The translations under genes and the position numbers were made by a program. DNA of 64,000 nt from Chrysomallon squamiferum (lineage: Eukaryota > Animalia > Mollusca). The notes under the pieces are model-generated. The model searched no databases. It was not told the DNA's origin and worked only from the letters and a program-made list of their open reading frames with translations. Of the stretch, positions 24,201-46,900 are shown piece by piece. Positions within the stretch are counted from its first letter, which is position 1. Every line of letters begins with the position of its first letter. The stretch is taken from assembly GCA_012295275.1 (NCBI GenBank), contig CM022673.1, forward strand, positions 8,804,001 to 8,868,000, in the 5' to 3' direction.

Positions 24201-24838
24201 AAATAAAACAGTTAGTTTCATGTAGTTATTGTATTTAGAATTTCAGAATAAAACAAATAACTGGTTGCTGTCTTAAAATGTCATCTTCATCCTAAGTGGG
24301 ACAAAGCAATCTTGAAAACGCCGAAATCGTAGAAATATAAATAGTCTAAAAAGGCAATGTTACAATACTGATGTTATTATGCAAAACAAATTTTTAACTT
24401 TCGTATTTTCATTCATTAGCAGAGACGGCTGATTTGGACGAAGATACTGAAGTATCTTATGATCAACTCAAAGAACTGGGACAAGACGAAGAAATATTCT
24501 GGACAAAACTTATAGAAAATCTAGTCGGCAAAGATAAAAATCTCGGACTGAACAAGAACGATTTAGCTGACGGATTAATCAAACTACGACTGAAGGCCGT
24601 GCTGGCAATATGTTTCGCTATTATCGCCTGTGTTATCGGCCTTGGAACTGTCTACCAATCAGTGATCGGTCAGGATAATAAGTTGAGTAGCTTTATAATC
24701 ATAAACGGAATTATATATGGATTTTCGTTCGCAGTTGAAATGTTTGGGATGACAATTTACAGATTTACAGACTGTGTTCACAGACTTGGTAAAATCATTT
24801 TTAAAAATGATAAACCACATTGGGTAACGAGAACATAA
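17072..24838 (+). CDS. Chitin synthase-like glycosyltransferase (GT2), copy C, 10 coding exons, about 1263 aa
   Basis: Exons: 17072-17086 (MRVGQ), 18370-18479, 18839-18965, 19360-19506, 19702-21727, 21965-22120, 22408-22899, 23311-23522, 24037-24124, 24420(or 24423)-24838. They sum to 3792 nt in an open frame. Internal exon lengths equal those of B except exon 5, which is 54 nt shorter. Same motifs as B but GEDRR in place of GEDRW. Confidence 0.9.
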
Positions 24839-25075
24839 ACGTGTTGATATTTACATAGTAGAAACAAACAATGAATTTTGGTAGCTTCTATTAGCAGAGA
24901 TTACACAGAATTCTTTTTTTTTACTTTTTTATTCTTTGTATGTAATTTTTTTTTAATAATAATTATAAAAAACATAGGAGATAATATCTGTACACTTTTA
25001 TTTAATCTCTGCACTTACAAGAAGATAATACATGTAATATTATGTGAAAATAAAGACATCACAGAATGATTAATG

Positions 25076-25129
<54 letters not shown>

Positions 25130-26103
25130 TGCATATCTAGCACTGAAAATTCCACTGCATTGTAAAAGAAACAAGCAAACAGACGAACAAACAAATAAAT
25201 AAATTGCTTTCTACATTTCTTTGAGCTCGATAATTTAATATCCATTTTTAATTAAAGATTGGTTAATCCTTCCTTGAAAACTGGGAATTTTCACTTTTGG
25301 TATTACATTAAAATCAGGTTTATTCTTATGTGGAAAGAAACATTTTCTGATGGAAATTACAGCTAAGCCTATTATATGCAATGATACTCAGTTAATTATT
25401 GGAATAAACAAAAAAAAAAACCCTATATATACATTAAAAATTAATTATAGGTTTTATATACGTACAGGGTTCATAGGAATAAATATAAAACATAATTTTA
25501 GATATACATGCATATAATTATACGCAAATTATATAAATATTTTGGATAAATATATGAAATACTTATAAACTAATTTATAAATGAACTGTCTTTGAAGAAA
25601 TAAAGGTATTACATTTAAATAGTATTAAAAATACATTTAAATCGTACACACAAGCACGCACGTTCAGACATACAGACATATTTTATAACTACACTATAAC
25701 TATAAAAATGTATTAAAATTAAAAAACTTATATTTGTTATTATTAAAATAAAATATTAGAAAATAATTTTATTAAAATTATAGTTAGTCATAATCTCTTT
25801 TGATTATTTCTGAAGTCCATAAACTATTTTTTTTTCCTTATAAAGTTCATAATGATCTCTAAAATATATATATTTTTTTATGTAATAGTAATAGTTATAG
25901 TAGTGGTGATGGTGGTGGTGGTAGTAGTAGTAGCAATAATAATGTAAAATGTTTCTATTCAAAGAGTTTAGCTTCTGTATTCAAACCATTTATTACTTCA
26001 GTGGGTTCACAAATGCTCTTTCTTTCTCAGCAATCGTTATTCAAGACATCTGTAATTTTTTAAATGCCATTTTTGTCCTGAAAATGAATGGAGGCCAAAC
26101 ATT

Positions 26104-35823
<9,720 letters not shown>

Positions 35824-37680
35824 AATTATCTTTTAAGTGAAAAATACTTGTCTCGGTCTGAGAATTCCTGTCAGAGAAAACCGTTCAAGATCTGCAAATA
35901 GATACAGTGTAGTCCTAATTTAATATGAAAGAATGTATTATTATTATTATTATTAGTAGTAGTAGTAGTAGTAGTAGCAATAATAGTAGTAGTAGTAGTA
36001 GTAAGAGTAGTAATAGTGGTAGAAGTAGTAGTAGTAACGGTAGTAGAAGTACTAATTAATTGTAGTGGTAACTGTAATAAAAATATAATCAAGCTTATTA
36101 AGCTGAAAATAAATATCAGCAGCCAGAACAACACGTCAACAGCAACAATAATAATAACAGTAATAATACAAACATCAGCAACAACAACAACGACAGCAAT
36201 GCAAACAAGCAAGCAAGCAAACAACAAACTAAATAGACGAACAAATAAACAAATGAATGAATAAATAAACAAACAAACAGACAAAAATGAAACAAACAAA
36301 CAAATAACTGAACAAACAATTAAACAAATAAACAAACGAAACAAAAAAACAAAAAAACAAAAAAAAACCACCGAACCGATTTCTGGTATTCCATCAGAAA
36401 CAGAAAATCCCTCAAAAATCATTAAGCACTGCAAAACAATGGAAGAAGGTGAAAACACATGAATAAAATTAGAGTCTTGCAGTCTTCACTGACTATTTCA
36501 GAAGTGAAACTACTCGGCTGATTGAAAGAAACAACAATGTGCTAGATGCTGTGGGGTCGGGACTTCTACTGCTCACTGCCGTCTTAAGGCGGATATTTCC
36601 TCCTTTTACAAAGAACTACGATCAGGGCTTAAGGCGACTTCCTCCTGCACTTGTTACGGTAGTACGGACCTGTCAGGTGAATATCTCAGCTGATATGCGT
36701 TGCATACTTTAGAGAATTTTATTATTCATACTATATATTATGAATAATGAGGTGGTATTTGAAGTGAATTGTTATGTATTGTAATTCGAATATGTTGAAT
36801 ACAGACATACTCATATACATAGAAAAAAAAAAACATACATGCATATATTTATATATACATGCATATATTTATTGCTGCATACATTAATAAATACATACAT
36901 ACATACACAAATTATACATACAAACATACATATATACAGAGATACAGACAGAGAAAGAGAATCCCGTACACATATTGATCGATTCACAGTTATATACATC
37001 ATGTTTAGTAAATGGTGTATATATTATATATTACACCTACTGTATAATGAACAAAAGTATTTATACGTAAAAGAAAGCAAGGATTAAAGTAAGCGATTAC
37101 TAAGAACTAATGTTGGAATATTTTATTTTAATTATGAAGTATACGGCCGATTGCTGTCAGAGGTGCGATGGGCTAGTAGGATCAATCCTCGACAGCGATC
37201 TTATTAGCTCATTCAAATAGAAAACATAGAGCCATAGATTAAACGTGTTTCAGATGTTGTTAAATAAAACAGTTTTCTTCATAGAATGGCAGCTGACAAT
37301 ATAATTATAATTCCTGGCCGATATTAATTTCTGACAATAATTAATACTTATTTGTCGATTGTTTAAAATAACAACGGTTCTTTTATCTTTAATTTGTTAT
37401 TTGTTTTACGTGAGTCAAACGGACAAAATCGTATAAAAGAAATAATTATATACGTAGATTTATCTCTGAGGATATCAATTGATAGCGTCAATAAAACAGT
37501 ACAAATGTCCACTTAGTTGATTATGATGATGATAATCAGAGTGATAATAATAAAATGATGATGGTCATGACGATGATAAAAATTATTTCAAAATATATTA
37601 CTATACTAATAATACAGATTATGATTATATTTATATACTGCTGCAGTGGATTAAACTAGATATTAAAACAAGTCACCTAC

Positions 37681-37783
37681 CATACACTGACACGCGCAAA
37701 CATTGTACGTTTTGCCGTCTGGTACCATGGAAAGACGAACAATGCTAAACAACGCCATATGACATTTTGAATATTTTTTTATA
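37681..37783 (-). promoter_or_regulatory. Putative TATA box and first non-coding exon of copy D
   Basis: Minus-strand TATAAAA at 37783-37777, followed about 100 nt later by a good donor (ATG|GTAGGT at 37681/37680). The ATG-bearing exon has its own acceptor (TTTGCAG, exon start 35891), so an upstream exon is expected. Confidence 0.35.
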
Positions 37784-38097
37784 GGCCAGCAAGATGAAAG
37801 AAAATAAGTAAGTGAATTTCTAACTGTATGACCCTACTTTTCGGGGTATTAGAGAGATATTCCCTGGAATTTGCAATATACCAACCTGGACGAGTTTAAG
37901 CAGACGAGATTTAGTCAGAAATGGGAGTCGTTGTGCGTCCGCTATGGAAAGGCGGAATTGCGCTTGTAAATCCGCAAAAACTAGTTGGCAGATTAACTCG
38001 AGTTAAGATAAAACAGCATAAAAGAAGGAAGAGTTTAAATGTCGGTGACTGGTTTTGTTCAGTTGGCGACTAGATGCACATACAGCCTTTTTTTTTA

Positions 38098-38129
<32 letters not shown>

Positions 38130-38586
38130 CGTCTGGTCGCTTTTATTGGAAGTTCAACAAGTGGACACTTTTCTTTTGAGAATGTTAATAAGTATTAAAG
38201 GGTTTTAAAAGAAAATAGGCTTATATATTCATATTTTAGCTTTATTATAATCTTATAGAGAAAAACATATTACTTGTGTTTAGGAATACATATTCTTGTT
38301 GCCGAAATTTGAGAAAATAAAGTCTTAATTCATACTGATTTTGTTTACGTAAAAACTGTATTTAAATTCTAAAAAATTTAAGTATTAATTCAGTACTTAT
38401 AAATTTATGGCGGTGGAGGATCATTTTTGTTTAAGATAAAGAAGATTTGAAAACAACACCGTTTTGTTGGGATTTTTGTTTATTTATTTATTTTTTAAAT
38501 GGAGGTGAACAGTTAATTTATTGTGAGTTTTGTTATAAGTTTCTCTGTCTTGGTACATGTAAGGTGACAGACTGACAGAGACACAC

Positions 38587-38678
<92 letters not shown>

Positions 38679-40410
38679 TAATCATTAATGTTTTGGGGTA
38701 TTCATTTTATGTACGATATAAAAATAAAAAAAACATTCATAAGGAAATATATGACAAGCACCAAATGACCGAATGAACTTTTCAAAATCTCTAAAGACAA
38801 ATCCTTTTTCTTTGAGGTAGTGTAATGATGTTTCATCCGACTTAATAGTATTTTCTTCGGTTTGAAAAGAATAATTCCCAGATATGCCGGTCTGGATCTT
38901 CTTTTGTATCCGAATATCACGAACTACTTCCGGAATGGATCGAGGAAGTTAACAAAAAAACTGAAAAACTGGGGGTATTTTTGACAGAATCGCTTTAAAA
39001 TAATTTTATGTTATGGGAAGGTGAAATTATAAAAACATTTATTTAGTAAGTTGTTTATTTCTTTGTTTTATTATTCTTTTTTTTGGATTGTTTGTTAACG
39101 GAAACTAATTAGGCCCATTGCTCGTTGCTAGTTTCGTCTTTGTTACTGAATAATGAATTGGTAATTTTCGATGCTGAATCAGTGAATAAGCTGTTTCCAG
39201 TTCTAAACAAAAATAACGTTGAAAAGATGTCAGTACAAACATGTTTGATGCACAAATAGATAATTATAACATAAATAAATAAATAAATTTATAAATAATA
39301 TTTATTTCCTTTTTTTAAAAATAATAATAAAATAATAATAATAATCAATAACAATAATAATAATAATAGGTAAACAAAGAAACAAAAACAATAAAATAAT
39401 AATAATAAAAGAAATCTTGAATTTTCATCAGTTTATGCATAACTAATTTTCAAGTCGTCGCAAATAAACCAAAGGTAAACGTTTAATTCTAGTACTTTTC
39501 ACCAGTGTGACTATCAGTCAGCGAGGTCGGGACATTTTCCCTTGTTGAAAGAGCCCAGAGACACGGAGCTTGACCTTTCACGATTCGCCTTCATTAGATT
39601 TTTCTTAATTTCTTTGGTAAGCTAATCATTAGACAAATACCGAAGTGGGCTGCGCTTAACACCTCCTGGCTGAGACAAGAGTCACCGCGATATACAAATC
39701 ACCGCGGACCAGTCTAGTTAAACCGCCGGTAAATAGGAGCAAGTCGACGAAACTACGTGACAAACCAACATGCATATTCTCACGGCGAAAACAATTTCAT
39801 TTTTTTTACTTAATTTTCTCGTAAAATATAATAGTTATAGCAGCTAATCTATTATGAATGTAGTCGAATAAATGCATAAATGAATTTGTATACAGTAATT
39901 ATGCTCTATACAGGTAGAGGTTGTTTGGTTTAAATTACTGGTAGCAGATGAGAAACGTAAGTTTATGAATTCAAAAATAATTCACAAAAAACAGAGCAGA
40001 GCTTTCAGTGTTGCTGAACAGCACAGATTTACAGCTAAAACCGTTCCAAATGTGACAGATTTTAATAATAATTAATTAACCAGTTTTATTTTAGATAAGC
40101 ATATACTATTAATTAATATGAAATTATTTACAGACTCGATAAAATGATTTATTTGAATTTTTAAAACATAAATTAAAATATAACCAGAGATGATTTACAA
40201 CAAGCTGAGAAAATAATTTAGCTGTATCATTGTTTATCTGTTTATTTATTTATTTAAAAAAAACAAAATTTATTTATTTAACAAAAATTATTATAGTTAT
40301 TATTATTATTATTATTATTGTAGTCATCATGATCAGTATAATTATTGTTGTTATTATCAATAGCTTGGTTATTTTTGGTTGACACTGTAGTTCATTATTA
40401 TTATTATTAT

Positions 40411-40441
<31 letters not shown>

Positions 40442-41338
40442 AGCAGCATTGTGATCGTCGTCGTCATCGACATCTCATTCTCATCATTATTATAGTTAAA
40501 TTATATTACTAATTTTGATTTAATAATGTATATAGTGTTAAGTATTTTTGTCCCTTCGCTTAATTACCCTATTCTGTACCACTCTGAGGAAAGAAACGTT
40601 CAGCCAAAACATTGTCAAGAACGGTTAATACTTTATTGACTATTTGAGGCGCCATAGGTAAATTTAATATTAATTCGGCGCAATACATTATCACGTTCAT
40701 TCTTTCCTATATATATATATATTCAAAAATATTCTAAGCATTAATGAATTATGAATTTTAGATTTTCCAGACATCATTCTGATTAAAAAATAAAATAAAA
40801 TAAATAAAAATAAAAATCTTAGAGTCACGTCAGATATTTAAAGCGGACTGATGAACGCAAAACAGAAGTGCGGGACCATCTGTGATCATAAAGGGAAATA
40901 ATTTTAGTTTAATTCTTATTTCTTCTGTCAACCATCTATGAAATAAATTTTACGTTAGTAATTATTTGTATTGTATATGTATATTATTATCCTAAGGATC
41001 AATTTATTACTGTAGTCTGTAAAATTAATTTAAAACAGAGTATGTTAGCCACTTAGCGGAAAATTACCAGCTGGTACGAAAAGTATTAATATGGAAATGT
41101 CTCTCTGGAAGAATGCAAATATATTCATACAGCGGTTTATTTTAAATAATGTAGTCATTGAAATTGGGTAACATAAACACTGTAAGAAATGTTAAAAATA
41201 ATTCAGAGTTATGTCCCTTATATCGACAATACCAGAATTCAGAAAAGAATTGTCTTATCGAGAAATAAAAAAAATCCATCTCTTTGCCGTGATGCTCCCG
41301 TAAAAAAAGGTGGAAAAAATATTACATACAGATCAGTA

Positions 41339-43937
41339 ATGGCAGCCACCATAGCTGCGTATCGTAAACTTTTTATCATATTTTTGACAGCTTCTACAGT
41401 TGTCTCGTGGGACAATGAAGAATTGGAGATGTTTGATCTCGTTGAAGAAATTAATAGAAATTTTTATGAAGTTTTGAATGTTGAAAAGGTAATGACAATT
41501 TATAATTAAATTTTGTTTTCAATATGGTGTGTGCCAGATCATCACGGCATCAAGATTGCAGGAGTAACTGAATAATTAATTTTAGTCTCGATGGAATTCA
41601 GTGTCATATTATAACAATCTAGACAAGTTGTTAAGATAATAATGATAACATTACAAGATTCAGCAGTATTATTATTTGCATCTCTGTTGAACTTATTTAT
41701 TTACATTTTTCTTCTCTTTTTTTTATTCCACCAAAAATATCAGACTCAAAATAATTAAATATCTATGGTCAACAGGCTATTTTTGATTATTCAGTGAACA
41801 TATGACCTAGAACAGTTTTACTTTAATTTTTAAATTTTTTACATTTATTTATTTATTTATTTTATTTATTTATTTATTATTATTATTATTATCTGTCACC
41901 AATTTACTACTTACCTGAAGATATTTAAAATATAGAATTAATTTAGAATAGAATGTAAAATTACTGTTGCATCAAAATATGATACTATACAACAGTGAGT
42001 GCTAACATTTAAAACGTAAAACAAAACAGTGCTAATGATATTAATAATAAATTGAAATATAAAAAATAATTACATTAAAATGATTAATAACATTAATATT
42101 CAGTTTTATTATTAATGAATAATAAATGTAATTTTTAGTATATAATTAAAAAGACTAATCATATCACATTATCAGTATTGTATTAAAATAAAATGGTGTG
42201 TATGTTATTTAACTTATTAGCAACAAATTTATGTTTTATGTTTTTGGCAAACATTTTCCATATTCAAACACCTTTTTATTTTATTATTAGTATTACATTA
42301 GTTTTAATACACTTTGATTGCTTTACTAAATGATAAACTGTTAACGCTCTCAGTCTCTATGAGTAGTTCTCTGAGGCATATACATAAAAATCTAGTTACA
42401 AAGTGTGTATCTGTTAGTTTTGTAAAATTATCTGAGGCAGAAACATCAAATCTAGTTAAAAAATTCTTGTAAACAAATTTTTGCTGCTTTTGTCCTTTGT
42501 TGCATTTCTTCTCTGAATTTATATTTCAAAATATCTCCAAGCAAATATATTCTAATATGTTTGAAATATTTCATCTTTTATTCAATTATATATATAATCA
42601 GCTGTTATTTTACTTTGTAATTTATATTTATTTTTTTCAAATTTATTTCAGACTGCCACTACTTCTGAAATAAAAAAAGCTTACAGAAAATTATCCTTGC
42701 AACTGCATCCAGACAAAAACAGCGCACCAGATGCAGCAGAAAAGTTTAGACAGGTTGTTAAAATAGCTTTAATGGTTTACGTTTAAACTTCCTCTTTATA
42801 ATTCTTATAGTTATAGTGTATTGTATAATTTGTTTAAACATGACTAATTTTTGTCCTGGCTTGATACACGCATGTATTATCAGGATGTACAAGTGACAAA
42901 GCATGTTCAGTCTAATGAACTATTGTTAGATAAACTTGTATTTGCATGTATATCATATGTACATATACACATATGTGTGTGAGTGTATATGTATTTGTAT
43001 TTGTGTGTATGTATGTGTATATGTGTATGTATATATCTACATGCATATCATATACAGTGATACATAGATAAATGGATAATATTTATTAAGGTATATCTTG
43101 ATTATTTTATAATAAATGTATAACTCCAAAATAGAAAAAGCAAAGCATTGACTGTCCTTATTCTGTATTTGTTCCTTTAAATCATAATCAGAAAGGATTG
43201 TTTCAAACTGTTCCTTTAAATCAAATCAGAAAGGATTGTTTCAAACTGTTTTACAAAAAGTTTTATATGTTGTGTACATAACATATAGTTTCTACTTTTT
43301 AATGATGAATACTGATACAAAATATTTATATTTCTGTTTTGTAATTTTTAAATTATATTTTTCAGTTAGTGGCCGTGTATGAGGTTTTAAAAGATGAAGA
43401 ACAACGAAAGAGGTTAATAAATTTCTGAGTTGTATTATTATTATTATTTTTTATTTATTTTTTATTTATTTATTTATTTATTTATTTATTTTAATAATTT
43501 AGTAGTTAAAACATTGTTGTAAGTTTTTCTAAAATTACACAGCATGCTAGTTTGAGTTTGGGGCAGGCAGAGAGAAGATGAGTTACAAATGGACTATTTC
43601 ACATCCAAACAGTGTTATTAAAAAAGAAATTACTTATTCGTGAAAAAAGATCAAAATACAGGACATAATTGCACTGATGTCCCATTATTTTTATTATTAT
43701 TATTTTTTAATGGTCAGAAATAAGTTTCCTTTTACTTCTTATCTGTATTGTCCTTAACCTTATAGGTGCTGTTGTTGAGATATCTTTACATGCTAAAAGA
43801 CCACTGTTGGTGAGATTTCTTGACACAATGGACTAATTTTATACACAGTAGGGATAAATGTAGATAATTTTCCTAGTTATGTGACACTGGGATGTATGTG
43901 TTGTTCCTAAATTTGACACCAAATGTTTTGATAATGA

Positions 43938-43972
<35 letters not shown>

Positions 43973-46900
43973 TTATATATATATGTGGATTAAAAATCTG
44001 TTGAGAATGTCAATTAAAATAAGATATATATTTTTTTAAATATTTAATAATTTATATATTCTTTTTTCACAGGTATGACCAGGTGTTGGTGGAGGGTCTT
44101 CCTAACTGGAGACAACCTGTGTTTTACTACAGACGTGTTCGCAAACTTGGAATTCTTGAGTTGTCTTGTCTCCTGGCTCTAATAATGACCATTGGTCAAT
44201 ACCTGGTGGCCTGGTCAGTCTACATTGAAAGGAAATTATCCTTGGTTGGTATATATGTTTGAATTAATAGTCTGACTTTGTTTTAATGTTGTTCCATTTA
44301 TAGTTCAGTTTGATAATGATAATGATAAGAATAAAAATAATGATGATTCTGATAAGAATAAAAATACTTTTATTATTTTTTTATTTTTAAACAGGAAGAT
44401 TTCTTTGAGTCCAAAATGAAGAAAGAACAGAAGAAAAGAAGGAAGAACAAACAGGGGACTGTCGATCTGGAAGAAGAGATAGAAGAAGAACTGAGGCTGA
44501 TTCCAAAACCCCGAATCCTTGACCTTTGGCCTTTTCGCTTACCTGGATTTACTATTTATGTTGCAAAATCATTACCTGGCCTGATGCTCTGGATCAAAGA
44601 CAGTCTAATTAAAAGAGCAGAAACGGATGATGAAACGTCTGATGAAGATGAAGTAAGCACTGCAGGTAGAGTAATGTCAAATGTCCTTGATATTTTACGT
44701 ACTAGAATGTTCCATTGAACCGTATATTCCAGTCAGTTATTTAAAAAAAAATAAAAAATGTAAAAATGGCTCTTTAATGGCTTTACTACCTCACTTTGAA
44801 ATCACATTTGAGCTTTTTTGCACATACAATCATGTCATTATTTTAATGCATTTTTTTTCAATATTGGCAAACTGTATCGTGGAAAGTGTTTAGATTGGTG
44901 GACCTAACATTCTGGTGTATGAAATTTCATGTACATTTGTTGGGATGTATAGATTATTCAATTATTCTGAATATGCGTTTAACCTAAAATCCCACATCCG
45001 ATACAAAATACCAGACATGAAATGTGAACAAATTATGTGAGAGTGTGTGTGTGCTTGTGTGTGTATGTATGTACCTGTACAGACCATCTGAAAAATCTAG
45101 ATTCTTAAAACTTATTATTTAAAAAAATGCTTTCAGTGTAAAGTGTTTTATCACACTGTTCATCATTTTATTTATCAGTTACTTGTTGTGTGTATTTTAC
45201 AAATACTATTTCACTTTGAAGAAATCGGTGTAACATGGTTCCTTCAGCCTACAGTTAATTTTACATTCAGTTATTTTTATTGTTTTCTGTGTATGAGAAT
45301 TATAAGTATTACATCTGAAAGACAGTTAACTGTATTTAATTTTATTATGACAAATTTTGAAATCCATATATGTGTTTTTTGTTCAAGATAAGCTACTGTG
45401 ATGTATATGGTAAAATATAGTTTTACTGCTGAAATTTATTATTTATTTTTATTACATTTTGCCTTGTTAGTTTTCTCTTTGTTATATAATTATTTTTTTT
45501 ATATTCAAATTTTTCTTCCATTTTGGGTTACTTCAGTTATGAAGATTTTAATCTTTAAATGTGTGTGAATATATACATACACACATACAGACATTTATAC
45601 ATACACATATGCACACTCACACTACACAAACACATGCACATACATATATATATATGTGTGTGACTGTGCGTGTGAGTTATGTATTGTGTATGTATATGTA
45701 TATTTTTTTTCTCTCTCTCAAGTTTATTAAATTTATAATATTCAGGGATTATACGTAAACCAAAGAAAAAGCGTGTAGAGATCCCTGTTTATCAGCCAGA
45801 GCTGTATGAGGGTGCCAAGGCTGTTGTGGTAGCTGACTGCACGTTGACATCACAGGAAGATGAAGCAGAACACAAACAAATAAAAGTTTGAAAACATTTT
45901 TATTACGTTTTTTCATCAATATTAAATGTGCATGTGCACAAATAAAGATGCAAGCTTTGATAATTAATATCTCATTTGACAAAAAAATTAAAATAATAAT
46001 AATCAATAATAATAATAATAATGATTATAATAATAATAAATTAATAAATAAAAAATTAATGAAGACAATTAAGAGTTACTGAGATAAAAAGGATTTTTCT
46101 GCTGAATTTCATTGGAATAAGAAAAAAAATATTGTCTTGAATTATGCAGAAATATTGGCGAAAATCACCTGATTTTACTTTTATATTTTTTCCCTTTTTT
46201 TTGTGAAAGCTTATCTTCATTAAACTTAATATTAAATAGTATACTGCAAAATTCCATAAAGAAAGTGAATATTTTCAGCTTCTGTGAAAGCCAGCATATT
46301 AAAGAAAAAACGTTTGTTAATTTATTTTAGGTAGGGAAGTGGACTGATGAGGAGATGGTTTTGTTGGTTAAAGCAAATAACAAGTTTCCTGGAGGAACTC
46401 ATCTTCGATGGGAGAAAATTGCAGATTTTGTTGGACGTTCAGTTGAAGAGGTATAATTATCATTACAAAATATTTTATTTTAAGAGTTTATTGACCGGCT
46501 AAAATCCATCTGTGGTATATTTTATATTTCCAAATTTCAAATACTTTTTATTTCTGAATTTTCACTACGTATTTTTTGTATTTCCAGACTCTGTAAGTAT
46601 AAATAAGAAAATAAAATGAAAATAAATCATAATATATTAAATATTAATAATAAAACTTTATTTTATTGACCTTTTTAATTTGATTTTTATGTTAGTGTTT
46701 TTGTTATAGTTGTTTTTTGTAAATTAAAATGTTTATATCAGAGATTCTTTTGATAATTTTCTAAAAAAATTTAAGATACATTTGTAGATAAATAAATATA
46801 TATTTTGATAACATAATTGTTTTTTTTTGTTTTTTTTACTGTAAAATTATCTTTTTGAATTTCATATTACAGGTTCAAATGAAGTCTAAAACGTTAAAGA

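Noticed and set aside
35871-36458. 195-aa hydrophobic ORF upstream of D
   Set aside because: Mostly (TTTG)n and (CTA)n/(TTG)n repeat translation.
41189-41338. Upstream in-frame extension of the DNAJC1 first ORF
   Set aside because: The ATG at 41339 has good context (GTAATGG) and begins a signal peptide as expected for DNAJC1. The extension would bury it.
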